Shown here: positions 40,880-49,258 of the stretch, one piece after another
How positions within the stretch are numbered: the stretch's first letter is position 1
How the letters are laid out: every line of letters begins with the position of its first letter
Assembly (NCBI GenBank): GCA_937960645.1
Contig: CALGPJ010000009.1
Location: 68,522-132,521 of the forward strand
Direction: 5' to 3'
Length of the DNA stretch: 64,000 nucleotides
From: an uncultured Spirochaetia bacterium
Lineage (GTDB): Bacteria > Spirochaetota > Spirochaetia > JABEVK01
Notes under the pieces: generated by a model
Told to the model about the DNA's origin: nothing
Databases searched by the model: none
What the model saw: only the letters and a program-made list of their open reading frames with translations
Program-made: the position numbers and the translations under genes

Positions 40880-41947
40880 TTACTGGTTGTTCGGGTTTTG
40901 CTGAGCGGCGTCCTGGGGAGGGAAGTCCTCAATGGTCGCCATCTTGCGCATCTCGAGGGCACGGAGGACTTGCAAGCGGCCAAGGCGGCTCAATTCGAAA
41001 CTGCGGCGGGCAGATTCACGGGCGTTGAGGATGCCCCAGGTCCCCTCATCATCGATGTCTTCACGGAGGTTGAGCACAGCTCGATCGTAGATGATTTTGA
41101 TGTCTTTGAAGTAGCTGATAAAGTCACCGCCCTCGGTTGCGGCATCCCGGTGGATGATCAAACCCTTGAGCCGGATGTAGGGAGCGCTGCGAGGATAGAG
41201 GGGAAGGATGCGCAGTTCACGGTTTCTCACCTCGGTCTGATACTGGGGGTTTCTCCATTGCAGGGTGTTCCAGCCATCCGACTGCAAATACCCGAGGAAG
41301 ATGGTCTGCTGTTGTGCATTCTCGTTCTCCAGCACGATGCTGAGACCGTGGGGGTAGTTACGGCCGAGGTAGTTGACCTGGATGTCTCGGATGACTCCGA
41401 CATTTTTGACGACACCGTAACCGACAAATTGATCACCAGGTTTGCTTTCGGGACCGTTCTGGCCTTGCTGCCGGGGAAGAGTGGCGTAGGCCGGAATGTC
41501 GAAAGGAGGCACGACCATGGCCGAGCTGGGGACCCGGTAGAGCGGGAAATGTACCCGGACGCCCATCACCGTTTGACCACCGTACCTGCTGGCGTCATCC
41601 TTGACAGCGGCTTCCCGGATTTGGGACTGAACGACGTTTTGTATCACACGGGCAGAGCTGGTCAGGCGGACTTCCCAGTTTCGAATTCGGAGGGAGGTCT
41701 TCATGACAGCCTTATCCGCAGCGGTAAAGCTTGTCCCCGCCTGGGTGCTGTAGTCGATCAAAGTCTGACCGTGTTCTTTTCTCATGTCTTCGGGCAAGTT
41801 GTCGCGGCCGGCGATTTCCGTGTCACCTACCAACTGGGAAAAATCGATCAAGGTAGCCAAACCGGTAAAGTCATCGGTTTGCTGGGCGACCAGACTCCCT
41901 GCGGCAAACATCGTCGATAACATAAACAAGGTTGCCAAGCGTTTCAT
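40880..41947 (-). CDS. flaA: Flagellar filament outer-layer (sheath) protein FlaA of periplasmic flagella
   Basis: Sec signal peptide; motifs recalled as FlaA-family hallmarks (GYGVVKNVGVI, FISYFKDIKIIYDRAVL). Strong sigma70 promoter and AAGGAG SD upstream, terminator downstream. Confidence 0.6.
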   Translation of the reverse strand: MKRLATLFMLSTMFAAGSLVAQQTDDFTGLATLIDFSQLVGDTEIAGRDNLPEDMRKEHGQTLIDYSTQAGTSFTAADKAVMKTSLRIRNWEVRLTSSARVIQNVVQSQIREAAVKDDASRYGGQTVMGVRVHFPLYRVPSSAMVVPPFDIPAYATLPRQQGQNGPESKPGDQFVGYGVVKNVGVIRDIQVNYLGRNYPHGLSIVLENENAQQQTIFLGYLQSDGWNTLQWRNPQYQTEVRNRELRILPLYPRSAPYIRLKGLIIHRDAATEGGDFISYFKDIKIIYDRAVLNLREDIDDEGTWGILNARESARRSFELSRLGRLQVLRALEMRKMATIEDFPPQDAAQQNPNNQ

Positions 41948-41988
41948 TCAAGACTCCTTTTTTCTAAGTTTCTTTAACTCTATTTCCA

Positions 41989-42016
41989 ATTATACGGTAG
42001 GACAAGGGTTTGTCAA
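41989..42016 (-). promoter_or_regulatory. Consensus sigma70 promoter TTGACA-N16-TATAAT for flaA
   Basis: Reverse complement reads cgTTGACAaacccttgtcctaccgTATAATtgg ~45 nt upstream of the flaA ATG. Confidence 0.65.
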
Positions 42017-42051
42017 CGAAAAAACTCACGGATTTTCCGATAATGTCAAAA

Positions 42052-42561
42052 TTATTCATCGACCTGGGTAAACTCGGTATCGTATTCGTGGCCTTCGATG
42101 GTGACAACCACTTCCTTGAGACTCGGGAAATTGTAAAGTACCCCTTTTTTCAGGAGCTCGATCCCTCGATGAAAATCGATGCGTGATTCGTAATCGCGTT
42201 CGAAGGACTTGGCGTTTAAATCGATGTAGACGATACCCTCCGCGACGAAAACCGTCTTGACGCGGGTCTGCAGGGGCAAAATCCGGAAGAGCTTGTTGAG
42301 CGAGGGCCCGAGGAGATACTCGCGGACATACAACGAGACGGCTTGCTCGTCGGAAGACTGGACCGGGAGCGCACGTTCCTCGGCTCCTGTTCCCTCGACG
42401 TAGTGCCGGGGAAAGAAAAAGATCCTCCTCTGCATGCGTCCCGGGTTGAAAAACCAAATCAAAACGGAAAGGAAAAGGATCCCTCCTAACACGAATAGGT
42501 GGATGGTTTGTCGGCTCTTGAGGTTCCTACTCATCGGCGGAACAATACCATCAAAAGCCAC
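42052..42561 (-). CDS. Hypothetical membrane-anchored protein (possible GerMN-like domain), last gene of modification operon
   Basis: N-terminal TM (IHLFVLGGILFLSVLIWFF); SLYVREYLLGP segment; overlaps ATP-grasp gene stop. Confidence 0.4.
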   Translation of the reverse strand: MAFDGIVPPMSRNLKSRQTIHLFVLGGILFLSVLIWFFNPGRMQRRIFFFPRHYVEGTGAEERALPVQSSDEQAVSLYVREYLLGPSLNKLFRILPLQTRVKTVFVAEGIVYIDLNAKSFERDYESRIDFHRGIELLKKGVLYNFPSLKEVVVTIEGHEYDTEFTQVDE

Positions 42562-43981
42562 GCTTCGGCAAGTCCTGAGTCAGACAGTCGAGGCGGTACA
42601 AGGCCCCTGGGATTCCGCCCGCCTCCAGGGCCTCCATGACTTTTTTCCGGAGATTTTTGGGCAATTTGCGCCATAAATCTGGCTCGATTCGCTGGATGTC
42701 CTCGAGTCTGTCCCGCCAGAGGATGCCGTACCAGTCCTGACCATCTCGAAATGCGGGCTGTTGGGGGTTGGAGAGCCAGTCTTCGGTCTGCGGATGGGGT
42801 GCCTGGAGCCTCGGAAACAGGAAGCGTCGATATTCTTTTAACCTCGAACGTGCCGCCTCGAGATCGGTCTGTGCCACGATGACATTCGCCAGTTTTTCCA
42901 CGTTGTTTCTCGGGAAGGTGGTAAGGTCCCCGGTTTTTCGAAGAAAAAAGATCTGTTCCCCCTCCCGCATCACGGGGCCGCCGTTCAAGCCGAACCACCC
43001 CATCAATGTGCCCGGAATACCGATGATGGCCCCCTCCACCACGGAACGTTCGAGAAAATAATTGGGGTTTTTCGGTTCCTGCCCCAGGGCCAGGAGAATG
43101 GCCTCCCGAACCGGGCTCAGCCCCGAAGCCAGGGGAAAGGTCCAGCCGCTCATGAAGCCCCCACTCAGTCGGGCGGCCACCTCTCCCACCACCGGCCGAC
43201 CCTTGTGCCACTTCAGATCCCCCTTGACCGCTCCCCACTCGAGTCCCAGGGCTCGAGCCGAGCTTTCCAGACAGTCCCAAAGCTCATTCTGTACCCTGGA
43301 AGCGGCATGGGTAGGAAAGCTGTGGCCCATTTCCACAAAGTATGGCGGAAAGTGGATGTCCCGATCGGCCAGCCCCCTCCGATAAAACCCCTTGGGGGTG
43401 ATGAGCGCATCCAGGCTGAACTCGGGTCCCTCGATGTAGTCCTCAACGATGGCCCGGCCCTGGCGGCTGTGGGCCAGAGCCCCCTGAACGGCCTGTTCGA
43501 GATCGGAAGCCGTGTCGACCCGCCGCACCCCACGGGCGCCCATGTTGTCCACGGGTTTGACCACGGCGGGAAAGTCGATTCCCCGAAAATCCCGGTGCTC
43601 CGAGTCCAAAACTTTGAACCGGGGAACCGGAATCCCCGCCTGGGCGAGCCTCTGCCGCATCAGGGCCTTGTCCTTCGCCGCCAGGGCCGCCTGGTAGGAG
43701 TGGGACCAAAGCCCGAACTCCTCTGCAATGTGTGCCACCGTGGTGGAAAAATCCGTACCCACCGTGAGCACCCCCCGGTAGGTGCCGCCCCATCGCCGAA
43801 GTGCTGCGACACAGGCAGCCTCGTCGCTAATGTCGCATTCCAGCCAGGAATCGGCCAGACGGCGGGCCACGGAGTTCGGATCGCGGTCCAACCCCAGGGT
43901 AGGGATTCCCATATCCCGAGCTTCCCGGTAGACGGGCTGTTGCATGAGGCCGCTCCCAACCACGATCAGGTGGCCCGTCAT
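42551..43981 (-). CDS. ATP-grasp domain carboxylate-amine ligase with C-terminal extension
   Basis: Start ATG at 43981 (GGAGG SD) overlapping upstream stop. ATP-grasp core DFPAVVKPVDNMGARGV...AIVEDYIEGPEFSLDAL. Confidence 0.75.
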   Translation of the reverse strand: MTGHLIVVGSGLMQQPVYREARDMGIPTLGLDRDPNSVARRLADSWLECDISDEAACVAALRRWGGTYRGVLTVGTDFSTTVAHIAEEFGLWSHSYQAALAAKDKALMRQRLAQAGIPVPRFKVLDSEHRDFRGIDFPAVVKPVDNMGARGVRRVDTASDLEQAVQGALAHSRQGRAIVEDYIEGPEFSLDALITPKGFYRRGLADRDIHFPPYFVEMGHSFPTHAASRVQNELWDCLESSARALGLEWGAVKGDLKWHKGRPVVGEVAARLSGGFMSGWTFPLASGLSPVREAILLALGQEPKNPNYFLERSVVEGAIIGIPGTLMGWFGLNGGPVMREGEQIFFLRKTGDLTTFPRNNVEKLANVIVAQTDLEAARSRLKEYRRFLFPRLQAPHPQTEDWLSNPQQPAFRDGQDWYGILWRDRLEDIQRIEPDLWRKLPKNLRKKVMEALEAGGIPGALYRLDCLTQDLPKRGF

Positions 43982-45687
43982 GGGAGCCTCCGGGCGTAGA
44001 TTTCCATCGTGTCGCCCCACCTGAGCCACCGCTGCAAAGCAGCCAGACCCGCCGTCCACCATCGACCCAGGGGGCGCCCCAAAAGCCGTTCGGGGTGGAT
44101 GCCGGTGGGCTCGATCCACCGAATTTGAAAATCGTGCCGGTCAAGAAGACGGCGCGCCGTGACCGGCTCCCAGAGCGTGTAGTGATCGGTGGGGCTTTCT
44201 CGAAAAAAGCGGCCGGGGTGGAATCGGGCCGTGAGACCCGCGGCGTTGGGGGTGGAGAGGAGCAGCCACCCCTGTGGACGCAGGAGGTAGCGCAGCCCCT
44301 GAAAGAGTGTCTGCAGATCGGGAAAGTGTTCGATCACGTACCAGAGGCTCACCGCATCGAAGCTCCTTTCGGGCCAGTTCTTTTCCCAGCCCACCACCCC
44401 CAGGTTGAGGCAGGTGGCCGGCACGCCCAGCTCCCGCTGGACCCAGGCCACCGCCTGAGGGTTGACATCGGCGCCCTCGACCACCATGCCCTTTTTTTGG
44501 GCGGCGGCCAGAAAGGGGCCGTAAGCACACCCGAGATCCAACAGACGCCGCCCTTGGAGGGGACCGCTCAACCGCTGAAGGACTGTCAGGCGTCGAGCGC
44601 CCAGGGCCTCGATGTTGGGAAAATCCTGCAGGTAAGTTTTGCCGTACTGGCTTCGATATTCGTCCTCGAAGTACTGCGGTCCGTAGTCTTTTTCGGGTAC
44701 CAGCCACGGCAGGAGGTAGAGGAAACCACAGTCCCGGCATCGGTAAAAGGTCCTGTCCTTTTGTCGGTTCACCACCCGAGCTCTGGCGGAACCACAGGCC
44801 GGGCAAAATCGGCCGTGACTGCGGAACCGCCGCCACAGCGCATGCGGCTCCTCGGGTTCCATGGGCTGGTGGTAGAGCTGTGACAGCCCCCTGGGATCTT
44901 GAATTTTTTCGAGGAACCGGACGAGTTTTCGGACAGATACCCCGCGAACTCCCAGCAGGGGCCAGCCTTTTCGCCGGGATAGCCGGGCATGGTACCGGCT
45001 GGGCTCCACCAGGAGAAAGGGCACCCCCTGGTTCCGGCACTCGTGGGCGGTGATGCCGTAGGAGCAGAAAACCAGATCGAAGTGCTGCAAATGATCCCGA
45101 AGCCGCTGGGGCCGGGAAAGCAGCGAGGGGCGGCGGCCGTGCAGCAGGGGAAGGTCCGAGCGGTCCTGCCAGGGCCCCTCGAGCACACTCACCTCCCACG
45201 TTAGGTCGGGTAATCGGTTCAAGCTCTTCAGGAGGCGGACGGCCAAATGGTGGCGGTCGGTTCCCCCGAAGGCCACCAGGACTCTGGTGACAGGCTTCGG
45301 TGTGTAGACCCGGTGGGGCCCCAGGTCCATGAGCCCGGGAGCCTGGCAATTGGGAGGGATTCGGCTGGTATTACCCAGGCTGTCCACCAGGAAGTCCATT
45401 CGGGAACGGCAGGCCGCCCCCTCGTCCCAGCCCACCAGGGGCCAGCCGCGCTCGGCAAAGGCGCGGTACAGGTCCCTTTCCGTTTTCCGTCGGTCGAAGA
45501 CGATCAGGTCCCAGGGCTCCTGAAAGGGGTCGTGGGTCTGCCAGAGCTCCTCGGAGATTTGCTCGGGGCGGCCCTCCGGGGCCCAGAGCCGCCCGCCGAC
45601 GGCACGGGCCGCTTCCCGGCAGCGGTTGAGGTGGCCCCACCCCCCCTCTGGCCGAACCGAGGGCACGAAGAGGATTTTTCTAGCCAC
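43978..45687 (-). CDS. Fusion protein: PseG/SpsG-like UDP-sugar hydrolase (GT-B fold) + Zn-ribbon class I SAM-dependent methyltransferase
   Basis: N-terminal KILFVPSVRPEGGWGHLNRC (PseG-like). C-terminal CPACGS...CRDCGF zinc ribbon followed by methyltransferase motif I LLDLGCAYGPF. Confidence 0.65.
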   Translation of the reverse strand: MARKILFVPSVRPEGGWGHLNRCREAARAVGGRLWAPEGRPEQISEELWQTHDPFQEPWDLIVFDRRKTERDLYRAFAERGWPLVGWDEGAACRSRMDFLVDSLGNTSRIPPNCQAPGLMDLGPHRVYTPKPVTRVLVAFGGTDRHHLAVRLLKSLNRLPDLTWEVSVLEGPWQDRSDLPLLHGRRPSLLSRPQRLRDHLQHFDLVFCSYGITAHECRNQGVPFLLVEPSRYHARLSRRKGWPLLGVRGVSVRKLVRFLEKIQDPRGLSQLYHQPMEPEEPHALWRRFRSHGRFCPACGSARARVVNRQKDRTFYRCRDCGFLYLLPWLVPEKDYGPQYFEDEYRSQYGKTYLQDFPNIEALGARRLTVLQRLSGPLQGRRLLDLGCAYGPFLAAAQKKGMVVEGADVNPQAVAWVQRELGVPATCLNLGVVGWEKNWPERSFDAVSLWYVIEHFPDLQTLFQGLRYLLRPQGWLLLSTPNAAGLTARFHPGRFFRESPTDHYTLWEPVTARRLLDRHDFQIRWIEPTGIHPERLLGRPLGRWWTAGLAALQRWLRWGDTMEIYARRLP

Positions 45688-46345
45688 GAAGCGCCTCGAT
45701 GAGCCGTGCCGTATCCAGAGGCGGGCTCCACCCGTTTTGATCGACCAGCTCTTGCAATCTTTTCAGGTCCTCCGGGGTATCCACGGTGACCCGCTCCTGG
45801 GGGCCAAAATAAACCGGGGGAACGGTGGGCCGCCCCACCCGAAACAGCTCGGGATTGTGGTAAATAAATGGTGTGACGTGCTCCCTCTCGTAGGCGTCGG
45901 GATGGCTCTCCCAGGCGAGCTTCAGGGCATCGGCGCGCACCGCCTCGGTCCCCACGCCCAGGGGGGCCATCTGGTAAGCAAACAGGTCCCAGCCGCCCTC
46001 CTCCAACGCCCTCAGGTTGAGTTCCGCCAGATGGGCGGAAACGAAGGGGTTGTCGCCGGTGGCGCGCAACAAACTTTGCACTCCGTAATGCATCGCGGCC
46101 TGGGTGAATCGGTCCAGCACATCCTCCGGATCCCCGACGTAGAGGTCCCAGCCCTCCCGATCGGTGTAAGGCAGCAGGGCAGATCGGCTGGCGGAATCGG
46201 TCAGCACCGCGTGCACGTCCGCTCGCACTTCCCTGAGGGATCGTAGACACCATTCGAAAAGGGTCAATCTTCCCAGGGATAACAGCGCCTTGCCAGGGAG
46301 CCGGCTCGATCCCATCCGTACCTGTAAAAACACGGCCGTACTCAT
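45680..46345 (-). CDS. Cytidylyltransferase (CTP_transf_3; SpsF/PseF/NeuA-like)
   Basis: Start ATG at 46345 (ATGA overlap, GGAGG SD). MSTAVFLQVRMGSSRLPGKAL is the hallmark N-terminal motif. Confidence 0.7.
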   Translation of the reverse strand: MSTAVFLQVRMGSSRLPGKALLSLGRLTLFEWCLRSLREVRADVHAVLTDSASRSALLPYTDREGWDLYVGDPEDVLDRFTQAAMHYGVQSLLRATGDNPFVSAHLAELNLRALEEGGWDLFAYQMAPLGVGTEAVRADALKLAWESHPDAYEREHVTPFIYHNPELFRVGRPTVPPVYFGPQERVTVDTPEDLKRLQELVDQNGWSPPLDTARLIEALRG

Positions 46346-47289
46346 CCCCACTCCCTCCACAGCTGTTTCAAGGCCACGGCGTCCATCCGAAACCGGTAGC
46401 TGAATCCCCTGATCCAGCGCCGAACACTGTGAAAGGTCTTCCAAGCCTTGAAAGGCGAGAGACCGCTGCGAAGCAAAAAGGGGAAAAAAAGTCGGAGCGG
46501 CAGCTCGATATGATCCAGATTGTACTGCGGCACGATGTTTTTGAGATAAAAACGTTCGTAGCCGTTGATGGGGGTGGTATCCTCCAGAGGGGGATCGCTC
46601 AGGTACTGGATGCGGAACCCCTTCAGGCATCGGATGCTCTCCCCCCAGAGGTGGACCCGAAAGCCCCAGTCTGCCTTCTGCCAATAGGCGCTGGCGATCG
46701 AGGGATCGAAGCCCCCCGTTTGCAGGAAGGTGTTCGGTCGGTAAAACCCCGTGAGGTCCATGGGGTAGAGGCTTTCGTGGAGCTCGTTTTGGGAAAAGAT
46801 GTTGATGAATTGCAGCACATTTCCCCTTTTGAGGGGGACGATGAGGTGGGGAATTTCCTCTCCCTTGGGCGATTTCAGCTCCGGGATGTAAACCAGGGCG
46901 GGTTTGTCCCAATCGCCCCGAACGAGTTTTTGAGGCGGAAAAGGTTCCAGTACCTCCATGCTGTCGGTAATGACCAGCATCCACTCGCTCCGAGAGACTC
47001 CCAGGGCCATCTGCATCCAAAGAGGCTCGGTGATGGGTAGCGAGGGAATGAGGAACTTGACGGGGAGATCGTTGGGAAAGGGCTCGCTCGGCACGGAACC
47101 GGGATCGCGCCGCAAAATGACCTCACGGGCCCCATAGGCCACCAGCTTGCGGGCAAGTTCCAGCTGAAAGTACACGGGGCCCCGGGGCAGGATGATGGCC
47201 CCCCAGGACAAGCCCTCGTGGATGGGCAGGGGGTTGAGATTTCCCGTCAGGGTGTAGGATGCATTAAAAGACGAACTGAAAGTACTCAT
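46342..47289 (-). CDS. Hypothetical protein (315 aa) in modification operon; no motif recognised
   Basis: Translationally coupled on both sides; could be the transferase of the system (untested). Confidence 0.4.
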   Translation of the reverse strand: MSTFSSSFNASYTLTGNLNPLPIHEGLSWGAIILPRGPVYFQLELARKLVAYGAREVILRRDPGSVPSEPFPNDLPVKFLIPSLPITEPLWMQMALGVSRSEWMLVITDSMEVLEPFPPQKLVRGDWDKPALVYIPELKSPKGEEIPHLIVPLKRGNVLQFINIFSQNELHESLYPMDLTGFYRPNTFLQTGGFDPSIASAYWQKADWGFRVHLWGESIRCLKGFRIQYLSDPPLEDTTPINGYERFYLKNIVPQYNLDHIELPLRLFFPFLLRSGLSPFKAWKTFHSVRRWIRGFSYRFRMDAVALKQLWREWG

Positions 47290-48709
47290 GACAGGACCGG
47301 CATTCTTCCGGGTAACGTTCTTCCTGATGGGCGAGCATCCACCCCGTACCCCGCTCCCACACAGCCGCGGGATCTTCCTCGAGCAGGTTTCCCCAGTATA
47401 CCTCGCCCTGGGGATATTGATGGCAACTCACCACCCTGCCGTCGGCCAGGCTGTGGAGTCCCCGTTGCAGATGCCAGCAGGGGTGGCGCTTCCAGGGAGA
47501 GAGGTCCACGGTCCGGCGATTCGGCAGCCGTCCGGCCATATCGTTGTAGCCCACCACCAGGGGCTTGTACCCCTCCTCCTTGACCTGGATGTAGAAGTTT
47601 TCCACGTGATCCTCGGTGAGGTCGCACCGCGTGGTCTGGAGATACACCCTGCCCGCAAACATGTCACGCAGCGTTTGAGCCGTTTGACGCATGACCTCGA
47701 AGCCCTCTCCGCGCAGCTGTCGATACAGCTGCGGTTCCCAGGCATCGGCCTCCACGATCCAGGTGATCTTTCCTTTTAGCCGGCCGAGCTCGTTGAGCAC
47801 CTCGGATGTCCATCCCAGCCCGGATGTTTCCACGACCAGCTCGAAGCCCAATTCCAGGGCGGAGCGAAGAGCCGCGACCGCGTGGGGATAGAGGGCAACC
47901 TCCCCCCAGAACCCCGGAAGGAGCACCCCGCCTCCCATCCAGCGGCCCACACGCTCGAGCATTCGGCGTAAATCTTCGAGGGGCAAATCGACCCGCGTCG
48001 TAGAATAAAAGCGCGGGTCCGAGTAGGCGGGGACCTGCGCCACCGCATTGGTCCATTGCATCTTCCAGTACGCCGGCAGGGTGCGCTGGGAAACTCGGTC
48101 CCGCGCGACTTCGGACAGAAACCGATCCAGGGACCATTGGGCCCTCTCCAGGAATCGGCTGATCAACAGCCGGTTGCGTGGGCAATCGTCGAAGAAGGTG
48201 ATCCGCCAGGTGCGCAGATCGATGGGGCTCAATAGAGTTTCAACATCGAAGTGGTTGACGTGGTGGAGAAGGCAGGAGAAAAGTCCCTGCCGATCGGGCA
48301 GTTCCTCCGCTTGCTCCAGGGCAGCGATCCCCTGAAGGGCGAAGGTGCTGACCGCTTCGGGTGCCAGACCCAGGGGATAACAGTCCGCAAAGGTGTAGTC
48401 GGCCTTGTGCTGACGATGGGTCTGCCAGATTTGGCGCGAAAGGTCTTCCCGAAGAAGGGGCGCATCGGCCGGAATCAGCATCAGGTGCTCTTCGTTTCCG
48501 CTGGCCTGCAGCAGGGCTTGCAGCCAACCGCGGCGATCCGACCATTCCGCCGGAATGACGTCCGCCTGCCACCAGGACGGGGGTCTGCCCAACCAGGCGA
48601 CTTTCTTCACGAAATCCCAGGAGGCGACACGGCGGGCTAAATCCCGGGTTTGGGGCAAAACCCCCTCCCCCAGGCTGCCGTCCGGGGTCCAAAAAAGGCA
48701 ACTGACCAT
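47264..48709 (-). CDS. SPASM-domain protein with radical-SAM-like core lacking the CxxxCxxC triad (spiro-SPASM-like)
   Basis: GGGVLLPGFWGEVALYP (GGEPLL-like) and ELVVETSG but no CX3CX2C; C-terminal Cys cluster CWH...SCH...ECRSCHEY (SPASM/twitch-like). Confidence 0.55.
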   Translation of the reverse strand: MVSCLFWTPDGSLGEGVLPQTRDLARRVASWDFVKKVAWLGRPPSWWQADVIPAEWSDRRGWLQALLQASGNEEHLMLIPADAPLLREDLSRQIWQTHRQHKADYTFADCYPLGLAPEAVSTFALQGIAALEQAEELPDRQGLFSCLLHHVNHFDVETLLSPIDLRTWRITFFDDCPRNRLLISRFLERAQWSLDRFLSEVARDRVSQRTLPAYWKMQWTNAVAQVPAYSDPRFYSTTRVDLPLEDLRRMLERVGRWMGGGVLLPGFWGEVALYPHAVAALRSALELGFELVVETSGLGWTSEVLNELGRLKGKITWIVEADAWEPQLYRQLRGEGFEVMRQTAQTLRDMFAGRVYLQTTRCDLTEDHVENFYIQVKEEGYKPLVVGYNDMAGRLPNRRTVDLSPWKRHPCWHLQRGLHSLADGRVVSCHQYPQGEVYWGNLLEEDPAAVWERGTGWMLAHQEERYPEECRSCHEYFQFVF

Positions 48710-48763
48710 GGAACCAGCTTAACCAGACTTGCGGGCTTGTACCAGCGGTTTTATGATGAAGTG

Positions 48764-49237
48764 ATGGCCCCCCTGCTGCTTTTGTCCCTCCTGGCCCTGC
48801 TCGGCTGTGCCGCCCCGGCCTCCGGACGGATCGAAGTGATGCTGCGAACCAGCGGCTGGCGATGGGTCCGAGATCAGGATGCCGACTTTCAGGTTCAGGT
48901 GCCGCTTCCAAACGGGCGCCGCCAGAGGGTGGTGATCCGGCAAAAGGTTTTCGCCACCGAGCGCGGCCAGATGCGGGAAATCCTCAGCAAGGCGGAACAG
49001 CTGAACAAGGCCCCGGAGAGCGGCCTGCTCCGGCACCTTTTGGAGGCCTCGGCCGAAATCGAGGTTTGGGGCCACTGGGGGCTCATCAAAAATCCCGCTT
49101 CGGGGGAATATATCATCGCCTACATCATCAAGATTCCCGAAAACTCTGGTCAAAGCCTGTTACGCCGAGCGGTTCTGGAAGCAGCCCATGTCGCCGACCA
49201 CTGGGAAAGGCTCACCTCCGGTCTGGACCAGTACTAG
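48764..49237 (+). CDS. Hypothetical lipoprotein
   Basis: Likely start ATG at 48764 (MAPLLLLSLLALLGCAAP, lipobox); listed ORF starts further upstream. Confidence 0.45.
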   Translation: MAPLLLLSLLALLGCAAPASGRIEVMLRTSGWRWVRDQDADFQVQVPLPNGRRQRVVIRQKVFATERGQMREILSKAEQLNKAPESGLLRHLLEASAEIEVWGHWGLIKNPASGEYIIAYIIKIPENSGQSLLRRAVLEAAHVADHWERLTSGLDQY

Positions 49238-49258
49238 GCCGGCCGCTAGAATGAACCC

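Noticed and set aside
39503-41920. 805-aa plus-strand ORF
   Set aside because: Antisense to speE and flaA; no domain signal, and it is interrupted functionally by the flaA terminator/promoter elements.
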